From Pseudomonadota bacterium (GTDB taxonomy: Bacteria > Pseudomonadota > Alphaproteobacteria > Sphingomonadales > Sphingomonadaceae): a stretch of DNA of 64,000 nucleotides. A program made the translations under genes and the position numbers. Of this stretch, positions 37,140 to 46,055 are shown in pieces. Position 1 is the stretch's first letter. Each line of letters begins with the position of its first letter. A model generated the notes under the pieces. That model was given only the letters and a program-made list of their open reading frames with translations, searched no databases and was not told where the DNA came from. Location: assembly GCA_018240865.1 (NCBI GenBank), contig JAFEEY010000042.1:14545-78544 (forward strand), given 5' to 3'.

Positions 37140-37784
37140 TCAGGCGAAGAGGCGCATCGGCTGTTCGACCGGCGGCGTGAGACGAAGGTCGCGCCGCAGA
37201 CGGTCGGCGAAACGGTCGGGCGCCATGAGATCATTGACCGATGCCCAGTGATTGCGCGCGCCGCAGTGATCATCGCGGCCACGAACCCGGCGATAGAGGA
37301 CTTCCCGGCCCGGGCCCGAACAGCCAAGCGAGAGCTGCACCCATGCTTCCTCGCCATGGAGCGTGATTTCGCCGGAAACCGCAGGGCCGCCCTTGCTGGA
37401 GCGGATGTCATAGGTTCCGTCGCATAGGCCCAGCGCGTCGGCGAGGCGCCGCATTGCGGTGCGGCCCTCCGAATGGAAGAGCCGCTTGGCGGCCTCGTCA
37501 TGGCTCACGCCCCGATAGGCGAGGTTGCGCAGGACCGGCGTTCGGCGGATTTCGGCGATCTGGTCCATGCAGGTGCGCCGAAGCTCGAGATTGGACGGAC
37601 GATCTTCGCACACTGCGCTGAGGTGGCGAACGAGCAGGATCACGGCGGGATCGGTTTCGGCGTCTTTGCCGGCGTTGCGGCAATCCTTGATCGCGGCTCC
37701 GATCGCGTGGAGGGTGGTGCCGACGGTGATCAGCGCGCTGGGGTCGAGCGCCTGCTGGTGGCGCATGGCGACGTCGTAAGTCAT
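37140..37784 (-). CDS. Hypothetical protein (214 aa)
   Basis: GGAGGG SD 8 nt upstream of the ATG. Confidence 0.55.
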   Translation of the reverse strand: MTYDVAMRHQQALDPSALITVGTTLHAIGAAIKDCRNAGKDAETDPAVILLVRHLSAVCEDRPSNLELRRTCMDQIAEIRRTPVLRNLAYRGVSHDEAAKRLFHSEGRTAMRRLADALGLCDGTYDIRSSKGGPAVSGEITLHGEEAWVQLSLGCSGPGREVLYRRVRGRDDHCGARNHWASVNDLMAPDRFADRLRRDLRLTPPVEQPMRLFA

Positions 37785-37825
37785 GGGATGGCCCTCCGGT
37801 CTTGAGCGAAAATCCGCTCAAACGG

Positions 37826-37849
37826 CCCTCTCCCCCTCCCCTTTCTCCC
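37826..37849 (-). repeat. CCCCCTCCCC box; the minus strand reads GGGAGAAAGGGGAGGGGGAGAGGG
   Basis: Exact core at 37832-37841. Four G-runs of 3 or more. Confidence 0.5.
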
Positions 37850-37877
37850 GTGGCCGGCCTCGGGCTCGACCGAAGAT

Positions 37878-38636
37878 TCAAGCAGCGATCGGTAGCGGGA
37901 TCGGCACGGCCTGCCCGGTGGCGATATTGATGAACGCGCCCGCGTGGCCGATCGATCCGCGGCCAACGAGATCGAAGAGAAGGGCCAGCGCGTGGCTCGC
38001 CACCACCCGGTTCACGAAAAGCGACTGGCGCTCGAGGGCTTCGGCCATCGAGCACGACGGCGCGTCGTCGTCAGGCAGGCTCTCGTTCGCGACCTCGGGG
38101 AAATATTCGAGGACTGTCGGGAGGATCTGGTGCCCGGCCTCGGGCTCAGCGTTCGGGCAACCGATGATATATTGCCCGTCGCCAGCGCGGTTGCCGAGAT
38201 CCAGCCAATAGGCCGGCGCATTCCTGGCCGAGGCGATGGCCGCACCGACGCTCCGGCGCGCCGATGCGGTATCGACACAAGTGATGACGATGTCGGTGCC
38301 GTCGAGCTTCGCGGCCTCGGGTGCCCGGCCATGCACCGCCGTCCAGGCCAGACCGTGGGCGAGATTGATCCGCTCGGTTAACGTCCGGGCCTTCGAGTTG
38401 CCGATGTCGCACCTGAAGAAGGGCTGCCGGCCAAGATTGGCCTCGCTGACGATATCGTCGTCGACGACGGTTACATCGAGCGAACGCGACGAAATCGCCC
38501 GCAGCGCCGTATCCAGCGAGGCGAGCCCCATCAGCATCTGCGCGCCGTTGCCGCCGCATCCCACAAGCACGATTTTGATCGCGCGGTTGCCGAGCGCCGC
38601 AGGCAGATAGTGGCGAAGGGGCGTCTCAGAGGTCAT
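37878..38636 (-). CDS. PRTRC-system ThiF-family E1-like protein
   Basis: Rossmann motif (VLVGCGGNGAQ). ATGA overlap with the JAB gene. Cassette context. Confidence 0.85.
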   Translation of the reverse strand: MTSETPLRHYLPAALGNRAIKIVLVGCGGNGAQMLMGLASLDTALRAISSRSLDVTVVDDDIVSEANLGRQPFFRCDIGNSKARTLTERINLAHGLAWTAVHGRAPEAAKLDGTDIVITCVDTASARRSVGAAIASARNAPAYWLDLGNRAGDGQYIIGCPNAEPEAGHQILPTVLEYFPEVANESLPDDDAPSCSMAEALERQSLFVNRVVASHALALLFDLVGRGSIGHAGAFINIATGQAVPIPLPIAA

Positions 38637-39286
38637 GATCGTCTCCTGAAAAAAGGGCTTCGCGGCAGCGGGAGGAACATCCCTCCGGCGCACAGTCGCG
38701 AGGCAAATGCGGGGCCGTCCGTATGACCCAGACGTCCGACAACCAGGGCGATCTTGGTCGCGTGCGCGTCGTCCGCGTCGTCGGTTGCGCTGAAGAAGGC
38801 CGCGCCGTGCCCATGGCTGTGAATGTCGCAGATGAGGTGATGGTGCGGCGGCAGCGCAGGCGGACGATAAGTGAGGTGTGACGGCGTCGCGCGGTCGATC
38901 TGGGGGAAGTCGACCCAGAATCGCCGATTAGCCTCATCCCAGAGGATGAAGGCGGCGGCCTCGTTGGGCAGCGCGGCGCGAAAGTGCTCGAGGACTTGCC
39001 GCAGCAGCTCCGCCGGTATCAAGCCGCAACGCAGGTCCGCGCGGCGAACTCCAATGCTCCCGTAGGGCAGGTAGGCCGGGATCGGCGGTGTCACGGGCAG
39101 ATCCAGAGCCAGCCAGGCCCGGCGCAAGATCAGGCAGACACCATCGCGGCCGATTGCGAGGCAGCTGCCTGCTCGGGCTTCGCGAACGGCCTCGATCGCG
39201 GGTGATCGCCCATCCGGCGGCACGGGATAGCAAGGCGCCTCCGCCAGTACCGCGGCGGCGGTCGGGTCTTCGGCGAGGGCAGTCAT
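38633..39286 (-). CDS. JAB/MPN metalloisopeptidase (PRTRC protein A position)
   Basis: Complete JAMM motif HSHGHGAAFFSATD (HxHx7Sx2D). Confidence 0.8.
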   Translation of the reverse strand: MTALAEDPTAAAVLAEAPCYPVPPDGRSPAIEAVREARAGSCLAIGRDGVCLILRRAWLALDLPVTPPIPAYLPYGSIGVRRADLRCGLIPAELLRQVLEHFRAALPNEAAAFILWDEANRRFWVDFPQIDRATPSHLTYRPPALPPHHHLICDIHSHGHGAAFFSATDDADDAHATKIALVVGRLGHTDGPAFASRLCAGGMFLPLPRSPFFRRRS

Positions 39287-40113
39287 CGGCCGGACCTTCC
39301 GTAGATGAGGTCGCCGAGCGTCACTGGGTCGGCCTTGGCGGCGCCTCGCGGGGCGGTCTGGCGACGATCTCCGAGGAACGGCCTCAAGCGTTTGACCGGG
39401 AAGCGGGTCGCGCGGGTCGCTGCGAGGGTGTCCCAGAGACGCACGAGACCGCCCTTCCCCGTGATCGTCAGCTCCTGACCCGGATTCGGATGGGTCGACC
39501 AGGAGTCGAAAAGCGCGCGCTCGAACTCGGGAATGGCGGACACATCCAGCGATGTCGGCTTCGGAATGTTACCCCAGCAGAGGGAACCGTTGAGGAAGAC
39601 GTTGAGGATCGGCGAATGAAGCAAGGCGGTTTCGGCCGCGGGCCGCTCGTTCCGCTCAAGCGCAAAGACTCCAAGCCGGCGCCGTGTGGCGACAAGGACG
39701 TGTGCCGGATAGGCAACCGGGACGATCGCGCGGCCGCCAAGCGCACGCAGTCCAGCCAGTTTCGCCGAGAGGTCGAAATAGGCCGTCCTCACCTGTGCGG
39801 GCACCCACCAGACCAGCAGGTCGGGATGGGCGACAAGCACCGTTTCGGGGAGAATTTGCGGCGGGGCGACGCGGCCGAGCGCCTGCGACCAATGCCGCAG
39901 ATGCGCCCGGGTCAAAGGCGTTCCAGCGGCGATGGTCGGCGCGCCGATAGCGTCGTGCTCGATCTGATGGATGCTGGCGAATGCCTCGGCATCTTCGCCA
40001 GGGGTAAGATGCGAGCCGAGGCCGCGAGCCCCGTCGCTTCTGTAGAGCAGGATGGCGTTGGTCAGCATCATGCCGCCTGCGGTTCGCTCGAACTGCACGC
40101 AATGGTCAGTCAT
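39283..40113 (-). CDS. PRTRC protein B position, E2/UBC-like candidate
   Basis: Cassette order. Conserved-looking Cys in NGSLCWGN. ATG 40113 lies 10 nt after the upstream stop. Confidence 0.55.
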   Translation of the reverse strand: MTDHCVQFERTAGGMMLTNAILLYRSDGARGLGSHLTPGEDAEAFASIHQIEHDAIGAPTIAAGTPLTRAHLRHWSQALGRVAPPQILPETVLVAHPDLLVWWVPAQVRTAYFDLSAKLAGLRALGGRAIVPVAYPAHVLVATRRRLGVFALERNERPAAETALLHSPILNVFLNGSLCWGNIPKPTSLDVSAIPEFERALFDSWSTHPNPGQELTITGKGGLVRLWDTLAATRATRFPVKRLRPFLGDRRQTAPRGAAKADPVTLGDLIYGRSGR

Positions 40114-40123
40114 GTCGGCCTCG

Positions 40124-41212
40124 TTATTCGGGAGGATAGAGTTCGATGAGATGTTTGGCGGCCCGCAGCAGCCGCGCGCCGGCGGCGAGTGACGCATGCC
40201 AGACATCGATCGCGGTGGAGTGCGTCATTGGGCAAAGGCCCGTCACGTCCATGAAACCATATTCCATGCCGTGACGCCCGACGTCGTCGACCTCGACCGC
40301 GAACTGTTCGACGGGAACGAGTGTCAGCGGCGGAAGCGGCGAACATTCCTCGATACCGGGGACATATTCGTAGAGAACATCCATCTCGAGGCGCCAGGCG
40401 TGATGTTCGTCAGGCAAATTGGTGAGCGCCGCGTGGGCATCCCGCAATTCGCGCAGAGCCCGACGAAGGGCAGTCGGTAACTTCGACGTGGGCGCTGCCC
40501 TCGCGGCGAGCATCCATTCTGGCCGCCTGGCGTTCATTTCGGACGGCATGGTCTGGGCCGCGATCTCGCTGTCGTCAGCCCCATGGAGCGCAACGAGGGC
40601 CTCGCGCGCAGCGGCGTCCTCGGTCTCGCCGTCCCAATAGTACATCGAGATGTTGTCGAAGAGGTCATCGTAGCAGAAGATCGGGAGAGCACTTCCGAGC
40701 GTGCGCTCGAGCACCCGATACGCAGCCGCGCGCCACGGGATCGGCCGCTTGCTGTCCTCGATCCATCCGAGATCGAGCTGCCCGACACTGTCGCAGACGA
40801 TCGCGACCGCCGGCGCCCCGCAGGATTCGCCGTTGAGCACGACGACGCGCAGGTCCGCGATCGTGCAGCTCCGCAAGCTTTCGAGGACCTCGGTCTGGAA
40901 GACCCGTTCGATATGTCGGCGCGCCTCAGGGCGCGTGCGGTGCACTGTCTCCTGCTCTTTCGAGGCGACCCAACTGCCGACGAGCTTATGGTGGGCCGCC
41001 AAAGGTCGATCGAACATCACCGGAATATCAGGGGAGATATGGACGGTCCGTCCTGCCAGATCAGCCGAGCGGAGGAAGGGAGAGTCCTGTGGGTGGCGGG
41101 ATAGGATCGGCAGGACCATCCTCGCGCGTGCCCGCGTCGAGGATGATCTTCGCATGGAGGGCCTGGGCTTGTTTGCTGCAGGCAGGCCGGGAGAGTTCGG
41201 AAGTGTTGCCAT
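40124..41212 (-). CDS. PRTRC protein F position (unknown function); start 41212 or 41119
   Basis: Cassette order only. Confidence 0.5.
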   Translation of the reverse strand: MATLPNSPGLPAANKPRPSMRRSSSTRARARMVLPILSRHPQDSPFLRSADLAGRTVHISPDIPVMFDRPLAAHHKLVGSWVASKEQETVHRTRPEARRHIERVFQTEVLESLRSCTIADLRVVVLNGESCGAPAVAIVCDSVGQLDLGWIEDSKRPIPWRAAAYRVLERTLGSALPIFCYDDLFDNISMYYWDGETEDAAAREALVALHGADDSEIAAQTMPSEMNARRPEWMLAARAAPTSKLPTALRRALRELRDAHAALTNLPDEHHAWRLEMDVLYEYVPGIEECSPLPPLTLVPVEQFAVEVDDVGRHGMEYGFMDVTGLCPMTHSTAIDVWHASLAAGARLLRAAKHLIELYPPE

Positions 41213-41286
41213 GGTCGTTCTCGATCCAATGGAGCAGCGTGCAGCGCGGTGCGGCGGGGATGGCCGCCATTTGAACGCGCGCCATG

Positions 41287-41493
41287 TCAGCCCTTGGTGC
41301 CGACAGCTCGGCGATATTCGGTGACGTGGACACCGCCAGTAACCCCGGCATCGACCAGGTCGGCATTGAGGATCGCCGGGTAGAGGGTGGCGTGGTAGGC
41401 GCGCAGCCCCTGCGGGTCATTGGCAAGGTGCGGCGGCTGCGGGAGGTCGATACCGTCATAGCGGTAGACGCGGGCAAGATGGTCGATCTGCAT
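41287..41493 (-). CDS. Small ubiquitin-like candidate (PRTRC protein C position), 68 aa ending in Gly
   Basis: Size, position next to E1/E2/JAB genes, and C-terminus ...AVGTKG immediately before the stop. Confidence 0.6.
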   Translation of the reverse strand: MQIDHLARVYRYDGIDLPQPPHLANDPQGLRAYHATLYPAILNADLVDAGVTGGVHVTEYRRAVGTKG

Positions 41494-41538
41494 CGGAATG
41501 TCCTTGTTGGAATTGCAAAGGGTGTCGGTTGCTTCCGA

Positions 41539-41970
41539 TCACCAGAGGCTGGCGGGCTCCTCCGATTTTGCATCGGCCGGCAGGGCGCCCGCCGCTGGCG
41601 CGGCCGGCGTGCTCGCTGCGACTACCGGCTTGGCGGGTGCCGATGCCGCCTTTGCCTTCGCCGCCTCCGCAGACGCCGCGCGCGCGGCCTCGGCCGCGTC
41701 CCGCTGGGTCGCGATCTGATCGGCAAGCGCCATGCGTGTGGCAATCAGCCCACCGAGCGCCCCCTCGGCGCCCTTCGCAAGCTCTGCATCGATCTCGGCG
41801 GCCGTCGCTGTGATCGAGATCGGACGCAGCTCGCCGGCCTCGGCCTTGTGCGTTTTGCCTTCGGCGACGCGGGGAATGATGATGAGGGTAACGACACCGT
41901 CATCGCCGGCGACAAGATCGAAGGCGAGCGAATAGTTGCCCAGCATGGGCAGAAGATTGGTGATCAGCAT
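41539..41970 (-). CDS. PRTRC protein E position (Ala-rich C-terminal tail)
   Basis: Cassette order. AAGGAA SD. Confidence 0.5.
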   Translation of the reverse strand: MLITNLLPMLGNYSLAFDLVAGDDGVVTLIIIPRVAEGKTHKAEAGELRPISITATAAEIDAELAKGAEGALGGLIATRMALADQIATQRDAAEAARAASAEAAKAKAASAPAKPVVAASTPAAPAAGALPADAKSEEPASLW

Positions 41971-42003
41971 TGTGGGATTCCTTGATTGGAAAGTTGGGCG
42001 AGG

Positions 42004-43623
42004 TCAGGCGGCCAGTTCGGTGACAACCTCGTCGGCCTTGGCGGGCGGAAGCGAATTGGGCGGCGCATAGCGGCCATCGAGGGCCATCGCGCTTGGCACC
42101 CGGCCAGCCCAATCGAACCCGACAGCATTCAACATGCCGGAGATCAGGTCGCCCTTCTTGGCGCCGAGCAACTTTGCGAATGCCTTCTCGCCCATGTGCG
42201 CGACCAGGCCGCTCTCGGCGGCAATGAACTTGAGCTCGTCCTTCGTGTATCGTTCGAGAAAAGCGCGATCGACCTGCCAGACTGTCCGGATGTCGATGCC
42301 GAAGGCGCCGGCGAGATCGGCGACGTGCGCGAACGACTGGACGTCCCGGGCATATGCTGCCCCGATCGCAGCCAGCACCGTGGTGGCCTGAACTTCCGAT
42401 AGCTCGCGGATCTCTGCGATCTTTTCCTTGAAACCGCGATCGGGGAACGCGGCGTCGACCAGCAGTGCAGCGCGCGAGGTCAAAGTGCCTGACTTGATGT
42501 GCGAAAGCGTGCCGGTCAGCGCTGCCACGAGGATCGCCGCCTGGGCGTTCAAAGGATCGTCGGCCAGCCCGCGGGCGAGCGCCGTGCGCCATGTCGCCTC
42601 CCGCAGGTCGGTCGTGCGGCCTGCGATGGACTTTGCGGTAACACTGGGCCCGGTGCTGGTGGAAACCTTGCGCACGACGGTTCCGCGACCGACCAGAGGT
42701 GCTGAAGGCGCTGCGTCATCGGTCAGACCGCCGATCTCACCTCCGTCCTCGTTTTCGTCGCCATCGTCGGCGAGAGCGTCATCATCGCCGTCATCGTGTT
42801 CGATCGCTGCGGCGGCGTCCTCGGCCTCGGCGGCCGCCTCCGCATCACGGCGTGCAGCTTCGACCGCCTCGGTCTTTAGCTGGAAGCAGGTAGCGTTGGT
42901 GCAGTGGCCATCGTCGACATGGGTGTCGAACAGGGCGCGCTGCGTCCCTGAATTGAACGGACAGGTGGTGCATTCCGTTTTGTCGAACAGGGCATCGGCG
43001 AGGCGCTGCGTGACCTTCATGAGAAGATCGCGGGTCTTTGCGATGTCAAGGCCGGCCGCGATGATCGTCTCGAGCGCCTTGTCCTGCTTGTCGGCGGGAA
43101 CGGCGGCGAGCAATTCGGCGTGTCCGACCTTGATCCGGCGCTCGTCGAGCGCGGTTTTGACGGTCTCGGAAAGGTCGGCGAGCGCGAGCCGGCGGTCCAG
43201 CTTTGCGCGGGACCAGCCAAGCCGCCGTGCAGCTTCAGCCCGGTCGCCTTGGCACGCCGCGAGATAGCGAACGGCCGCGTCCGCCTGCTCGGTCTCGGAA
43301 GGATCATCGCGATCGTCGTTTTCGGCAATCGCCGCGTCGAGCGCCTCCTGGTCGGTCATCTCCCGGATCAGGACCGGCACCTCGGCGTTTTCGCCGAAGG
43401 CTTCCATTGCGGCCCGGTAGCGGCGACCGCCCGCGACGATCGTGAAATGCTCCGGCAGGTCGGCAGCGGGCCGAACCAGCATCGGCTGCAGCATGCCTCG
43501 CAAACGCAGGGAGGCGACGAGTTCGTCATGCTTCTTCCGGTCGAAATAGCGGCGCGGATTATAGCCCACGGCAATCCGGGCGAGCGGGACCATGGCGGTC
43601 CCGACAGGGTGCGATGCGGTCAA
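42004..43623 (-). CDS. PRTRC-system ParB-family protein
   Basis: ParB N-terminal domain (VPLARIAVGYNPRR...GMLQPMLVRP). TTG start 6 nt after an AGGAGA SD. Confidence 0.85.
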   Translation of the reverse strand: MTASHPVGTAMVPLARIAVGYNPRRYFDRKKHDELVASLRLRGMLQPMLVRPAADLPEHFTIVAGGRRYRAAMEAFGENAEVPVLIREMTDQEALDAAIAENDDRDDPSETEQADAAVRYLAACQGDRAEAARRLGWSRAKLDRRLALADLSETVKTALDERRIKVGHAELLAAVPADKQDKALETIIAAGLDIAKTRDLLMKVTQRLADALFDKTECTTCPFNSGTQRALFDTHVDDGHCTNATCFQLKTEAVEAARRDAEAAAEAEDAAAAIEHDDGDDDALADDGDENEDGGEIGGLTDDAAPSAPLVGRGTVVRKVSTSTGPSVTAKSIAGRTTDLREATWRTALARGLADDPLNAQAAILVAALTGTLSHIKSGTLTSRAALLVDAAFPDRGFKEKIAEIRELSEVQATTVLAAIGAAYARDVQSFAHVADLAGAFGIDIRTVWQVDRAFLERYTKDELKFIAAESGLVAHMGEKAFAKLLGAKKGDLISGMLNAVGFDWAGRVPSAMALDGRYAPPNSLPPAKADEVVTELAA

Positions 43624-43698
43624 GGCGGTTCTCCTAGTGAGAATGGCGGTGCACGCGCTTGCTCGCGACGCGCACCCTTTCGGTGAGCCTGATGCTCA

Positions 43699-43720
43699 CC
43701 CTTCCACTCCCCCTCCCCTT
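43699..43720 (-). repeat. CCCCCTCCCC box
   Basis: Exact core at 43709-43718, directly after the DpdA-like stop. Confidence 0.5.
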
Positions 43721-44734
43721 TCACCGCTCCGCCGTCTGGTCATGGAAGATGTCGGCCGCCCATTGCTCGAGCCACGGCTCGAACATCTCATCATGATCAA
43801 GATCGCCGGACTCGATGAGATCGCGGATTTGGGTACGGGCCTGCGCGATTGCGGCCTCCCAGGGATCGATCGGCGGAGGATCTGCGTCAGCAGGCCGTTG
43901 CTGCGGAAGGCGGCGCGGCCGCTCGGTTAGTCGGTGGTACTGACCGGCGAGCCATTGCTCCATGTAATCGGCCACGACGCGATCGGTCTTGGAGATCCCC
44001 GCCTTCAGGGCTGCCCGACGCGCACCGACGCCATAGGCCTGGCTGTCGATCGACGCGACCCGGTGTGCGAAAGGCAGAAGGAAGGGCAGTGCCGTGCCCT
44101 TGACGCCGAATGCGTGGAGCAGAACACCGGCCGGAAGAATCTGATCGAGATGGTCGATGACCGCGATCAGGCCTTCCGGTCCGTGAATATCGCGCCGGCA
44201 CATGCTTCCGACACCGATCAATGCGCCGGGGCGGAGCGAACCCCAGAGCGCATCGACACAGCGCTCATAGTCGGATGGTCGCCGGCCCTGGATCACAGGC
44301 ATCAGTCTGTCGGCTATTCCGGCATCCTCGCCCAGGATGCGGCAGTCGCGATTGGCGCGGATGGTGCGCGACAGGCGGTCGAAGACTTCGTCGCGATCTC
44401 GCGCGATCTCAGCCTCGACGCAGTAATCGGCACTTGCCCACCATTGGAATGGATAGGCCGCCGCGAGCGATACATAGTCCGACAGGGACCACGGGAAGCC
44501 ACCATAGCGCGCAGTCGCGACGAAGCCTGCGGAGTCCAGGCAGAGGCCGGACAAACCCCGTGCATTCTGGAGTTGCCCCAGGCGCCATCCGGTCCATTCC
44601 CGCCAGCCGCGCTTTTCGGACCAACGTGAAAGCGCGTTCGCCGAGATGAGCGCGGTCCGGCCAAGCGCGCGTGCCCGCTGAAGGATCGGCCCATCGTTCA
44701 GGTGCGGAAGGCCGACGATGACGTTGATGGGCAT
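43721..44734 (-). CDS. tRNA-guanine-transglycosylase-fold protein, DpdA-like
   Basis: CLDSAGF, ASADYC, PVIQG, IGVGSMCRR, LHAFGVKG and SIDSQAY occur in the order of the TGT/DpdA catalytic motifs. By eye only. Confidence 0.55.
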   Translation of the reverse strand: MPINVIVGLPHLNDGPILQRARALGRTALISANALSRWSEKRGWREWTGWRLGQLQNARGLSGLCLDSAGFVATARYGGFPWSLSDYVSLAAAYPFQWWASADYCVEAEIARDRDEVFDRLSRTIRANRDCRILGEDAGIADRLMPVIQGRRPSDYERCVDALWGSLRPGALIGVGSMCRRDIHGPEGLIAVIDHLDQILPAGVLLHAFGVKGTALPFLLPFAHRVASIDSQAYGVGARRAALKAGISKTDRVVADYMEQWLAGQYHRLTERPRRLPQQRPADADPPPIDPWEAAIAQARTQIRDLIESGDLDHDEMFEPWLEQWAADIFHDQTAER

Positions 44735-44771
44735 GATGCGCGCTCCGCTCGCAACGGAAGCACGCGGACAA

Positions 44772-44800
44772 TTGACGGTCGCGCATGTTCACGTTACGTT
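44772..44800 (+). promoter_or_regulatory. Possible sigma70-type promoter for 44822-45457
   Basis: TTGACG - 17 nt - TACGTT, about 20 nt upstream of the AGGAGA SD. Confidence 0.25.
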
Positions 44801-44821
44801 CTAATGAGTAGGAGATTTGCC

Positions 44822-45457
44822 ATGACGACGCCCAGCATCCGACACCTGTTCGATCTCGACATAACGCTGCGGGATGCGGCGCTGGATATGGAGAACCGGC
44901 CGACCCGTCGGATGATCGCCAATGCGGCGATCGGCATTCATGTCGAGGACGCCTACTATTCGGTGCGGGAGCTGCGCGAGGCGGTAAGCTGGGTGCATGA
45001 AGGGGTTTCGGCGGGCAAGCTGAAGCTGGCGGAGATCCTGGGCAATGATGGTGCCGACGATTTTCAGCGCTGCATCTATTTCTGCCTCGCCGGCCGCGGC
45101 GTGGTGTCGATGCTCGACGATCTTGAATGGCTGGAGGATCTGCTGGAGCGGCGCGGGCGCATCGCAGGCGAACAGAAGCGCCTGAAGGAGACGGTGATGC
45201 CGCTCGTGAACCCCTATGTGGCCGACGCGCCCGATGGGCCGTTGGTCAGGATGGACGGAAATTTCGAGCAGGGACCATCTTGGTGGCCGACCCGACTTTG
45301 TCGGCCTGACCATCAGCGCTCGCAGCTCAGGCGGTTCCCGTGCCGCCAGCGCGACGGTTCGATCCAGTCTCCGGCAAAGGCCCCTGCCCTTTGCCTCCTG
45401 GCCGAAGCGAAGGCCGCATTATATGCGCGCAGGCGAGCGGGATCGTCTCTGAGATAA
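44822..45457 (+). CDS. Hypothetical protein; its last ~48 codons overlap the convergent nuclease gene
   Basis: Good SD and ATG. The C-terminal tail is Arg-rich and junk-like. Confidence 0.4.
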   Translation: MTTPSIRHLFDLDITLRDAALDMENRPTRRMIANAAIGIHVEDAYYSVRELREAVSWVHEGVSAGKLKLAEILGNDGADDFQRCIYFCLAGRGVVSMLDDLEWLEDLLERRGRIAGEQKRLKETVMPLVNPYVADAPDGPLVRMDGNFEQGPSWWPTRLCRPDHQRSQLRRFPCRQRDGSIQSPAKAPALCLLAEAKAALYARRRAGSSLR

Positions 45458-45816
45458 CTCGCCTGCGGGGTCGCGAGACCCGCGCGGATAAGACGCTCTC
45501 CCAAATCCGCGCCGTCGACTGTAACGACCGCAACGGGGCGGCCATAAGAAGACGAAGACACGAGCCGGATCGTCGCGGCCTTGGAACGCAGGGCGTTCGC
45601 GGCGAAATCCTGTGCGGCCTTCCCACACTGCCAACATCCCGAGGCGCGCCGACAGAGCTGCCCGCGCTCGAATGCGTCGACCCCAAGCAACCGGAAATCG
45701 ACGGCCACGGTATCGCCATCGAGCGCCCGCGCCTTCGCGTCGAAACTCTGAGACCATGAGGGCGATGCGAGAGCGGCTCCGCCCGCGAGGATGATGGCCG
45801 CCGCGATCCGGATCAA
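45313..45816 (-). CDS. Secreted thermonuclease (staphylococcal-nuclease family)
   Basis: Signal peptide (IRIAAAIILAGGAALASPSWS). LDGDTVAV...RLLGVDAFE motif. TTG start overlaps the upstream TGA. Confidence 0.8.
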   Translation of the reverse strand: MIRIAAAIILAGGAALASPSWSQSFDAKARALDGDTVAVDFRLLGVDAFERGQLCRRASGCWQCGKAAQDFAANALRSKAATIRLVSSSSYGRPVAVVTVDGADLGERLIRAGLATPQASYLRDDPARLRAYNAAFASARRQRAGAFAGDWIEPSRWRHGNRLSCER

Positions 45817-46013
45817 AATGTCATCTCCACCTCGACATGATCATCGGCCGCCGGCGTCGTGCAGACCCGGAATGGTTGCAGCGGATCGCCAGTGCGGACG
45901 ATCGACAGCCTACCCGGCCGCTCGTCGAATAGGCGACCTGCGACGCGATTGGCGTTCTCGCGGCTGCAAAGCTGCAGACGCTTGGGCGACAATTCAAGAC
46001 ACGCGGCAAACAT
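45813..46013 (-). CDS. Small hypothetical protein (66 aa)
   Basis: ATG 46013 after a GGGAGAA SD. Its stop overlaps the nuclease start. Confidence 0.35.
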   Translation of the reverse strand: MFAACLELSPKRLQLCSRENANRVAGRLFDERPGRLSIVRTGDPLQPFRVCTTPAADDHVEVEMTF

Positions 46014-46055
46014 GATGGCTTCTCCCTGCTGCGGGAATGATACTGGCTGACGCAC

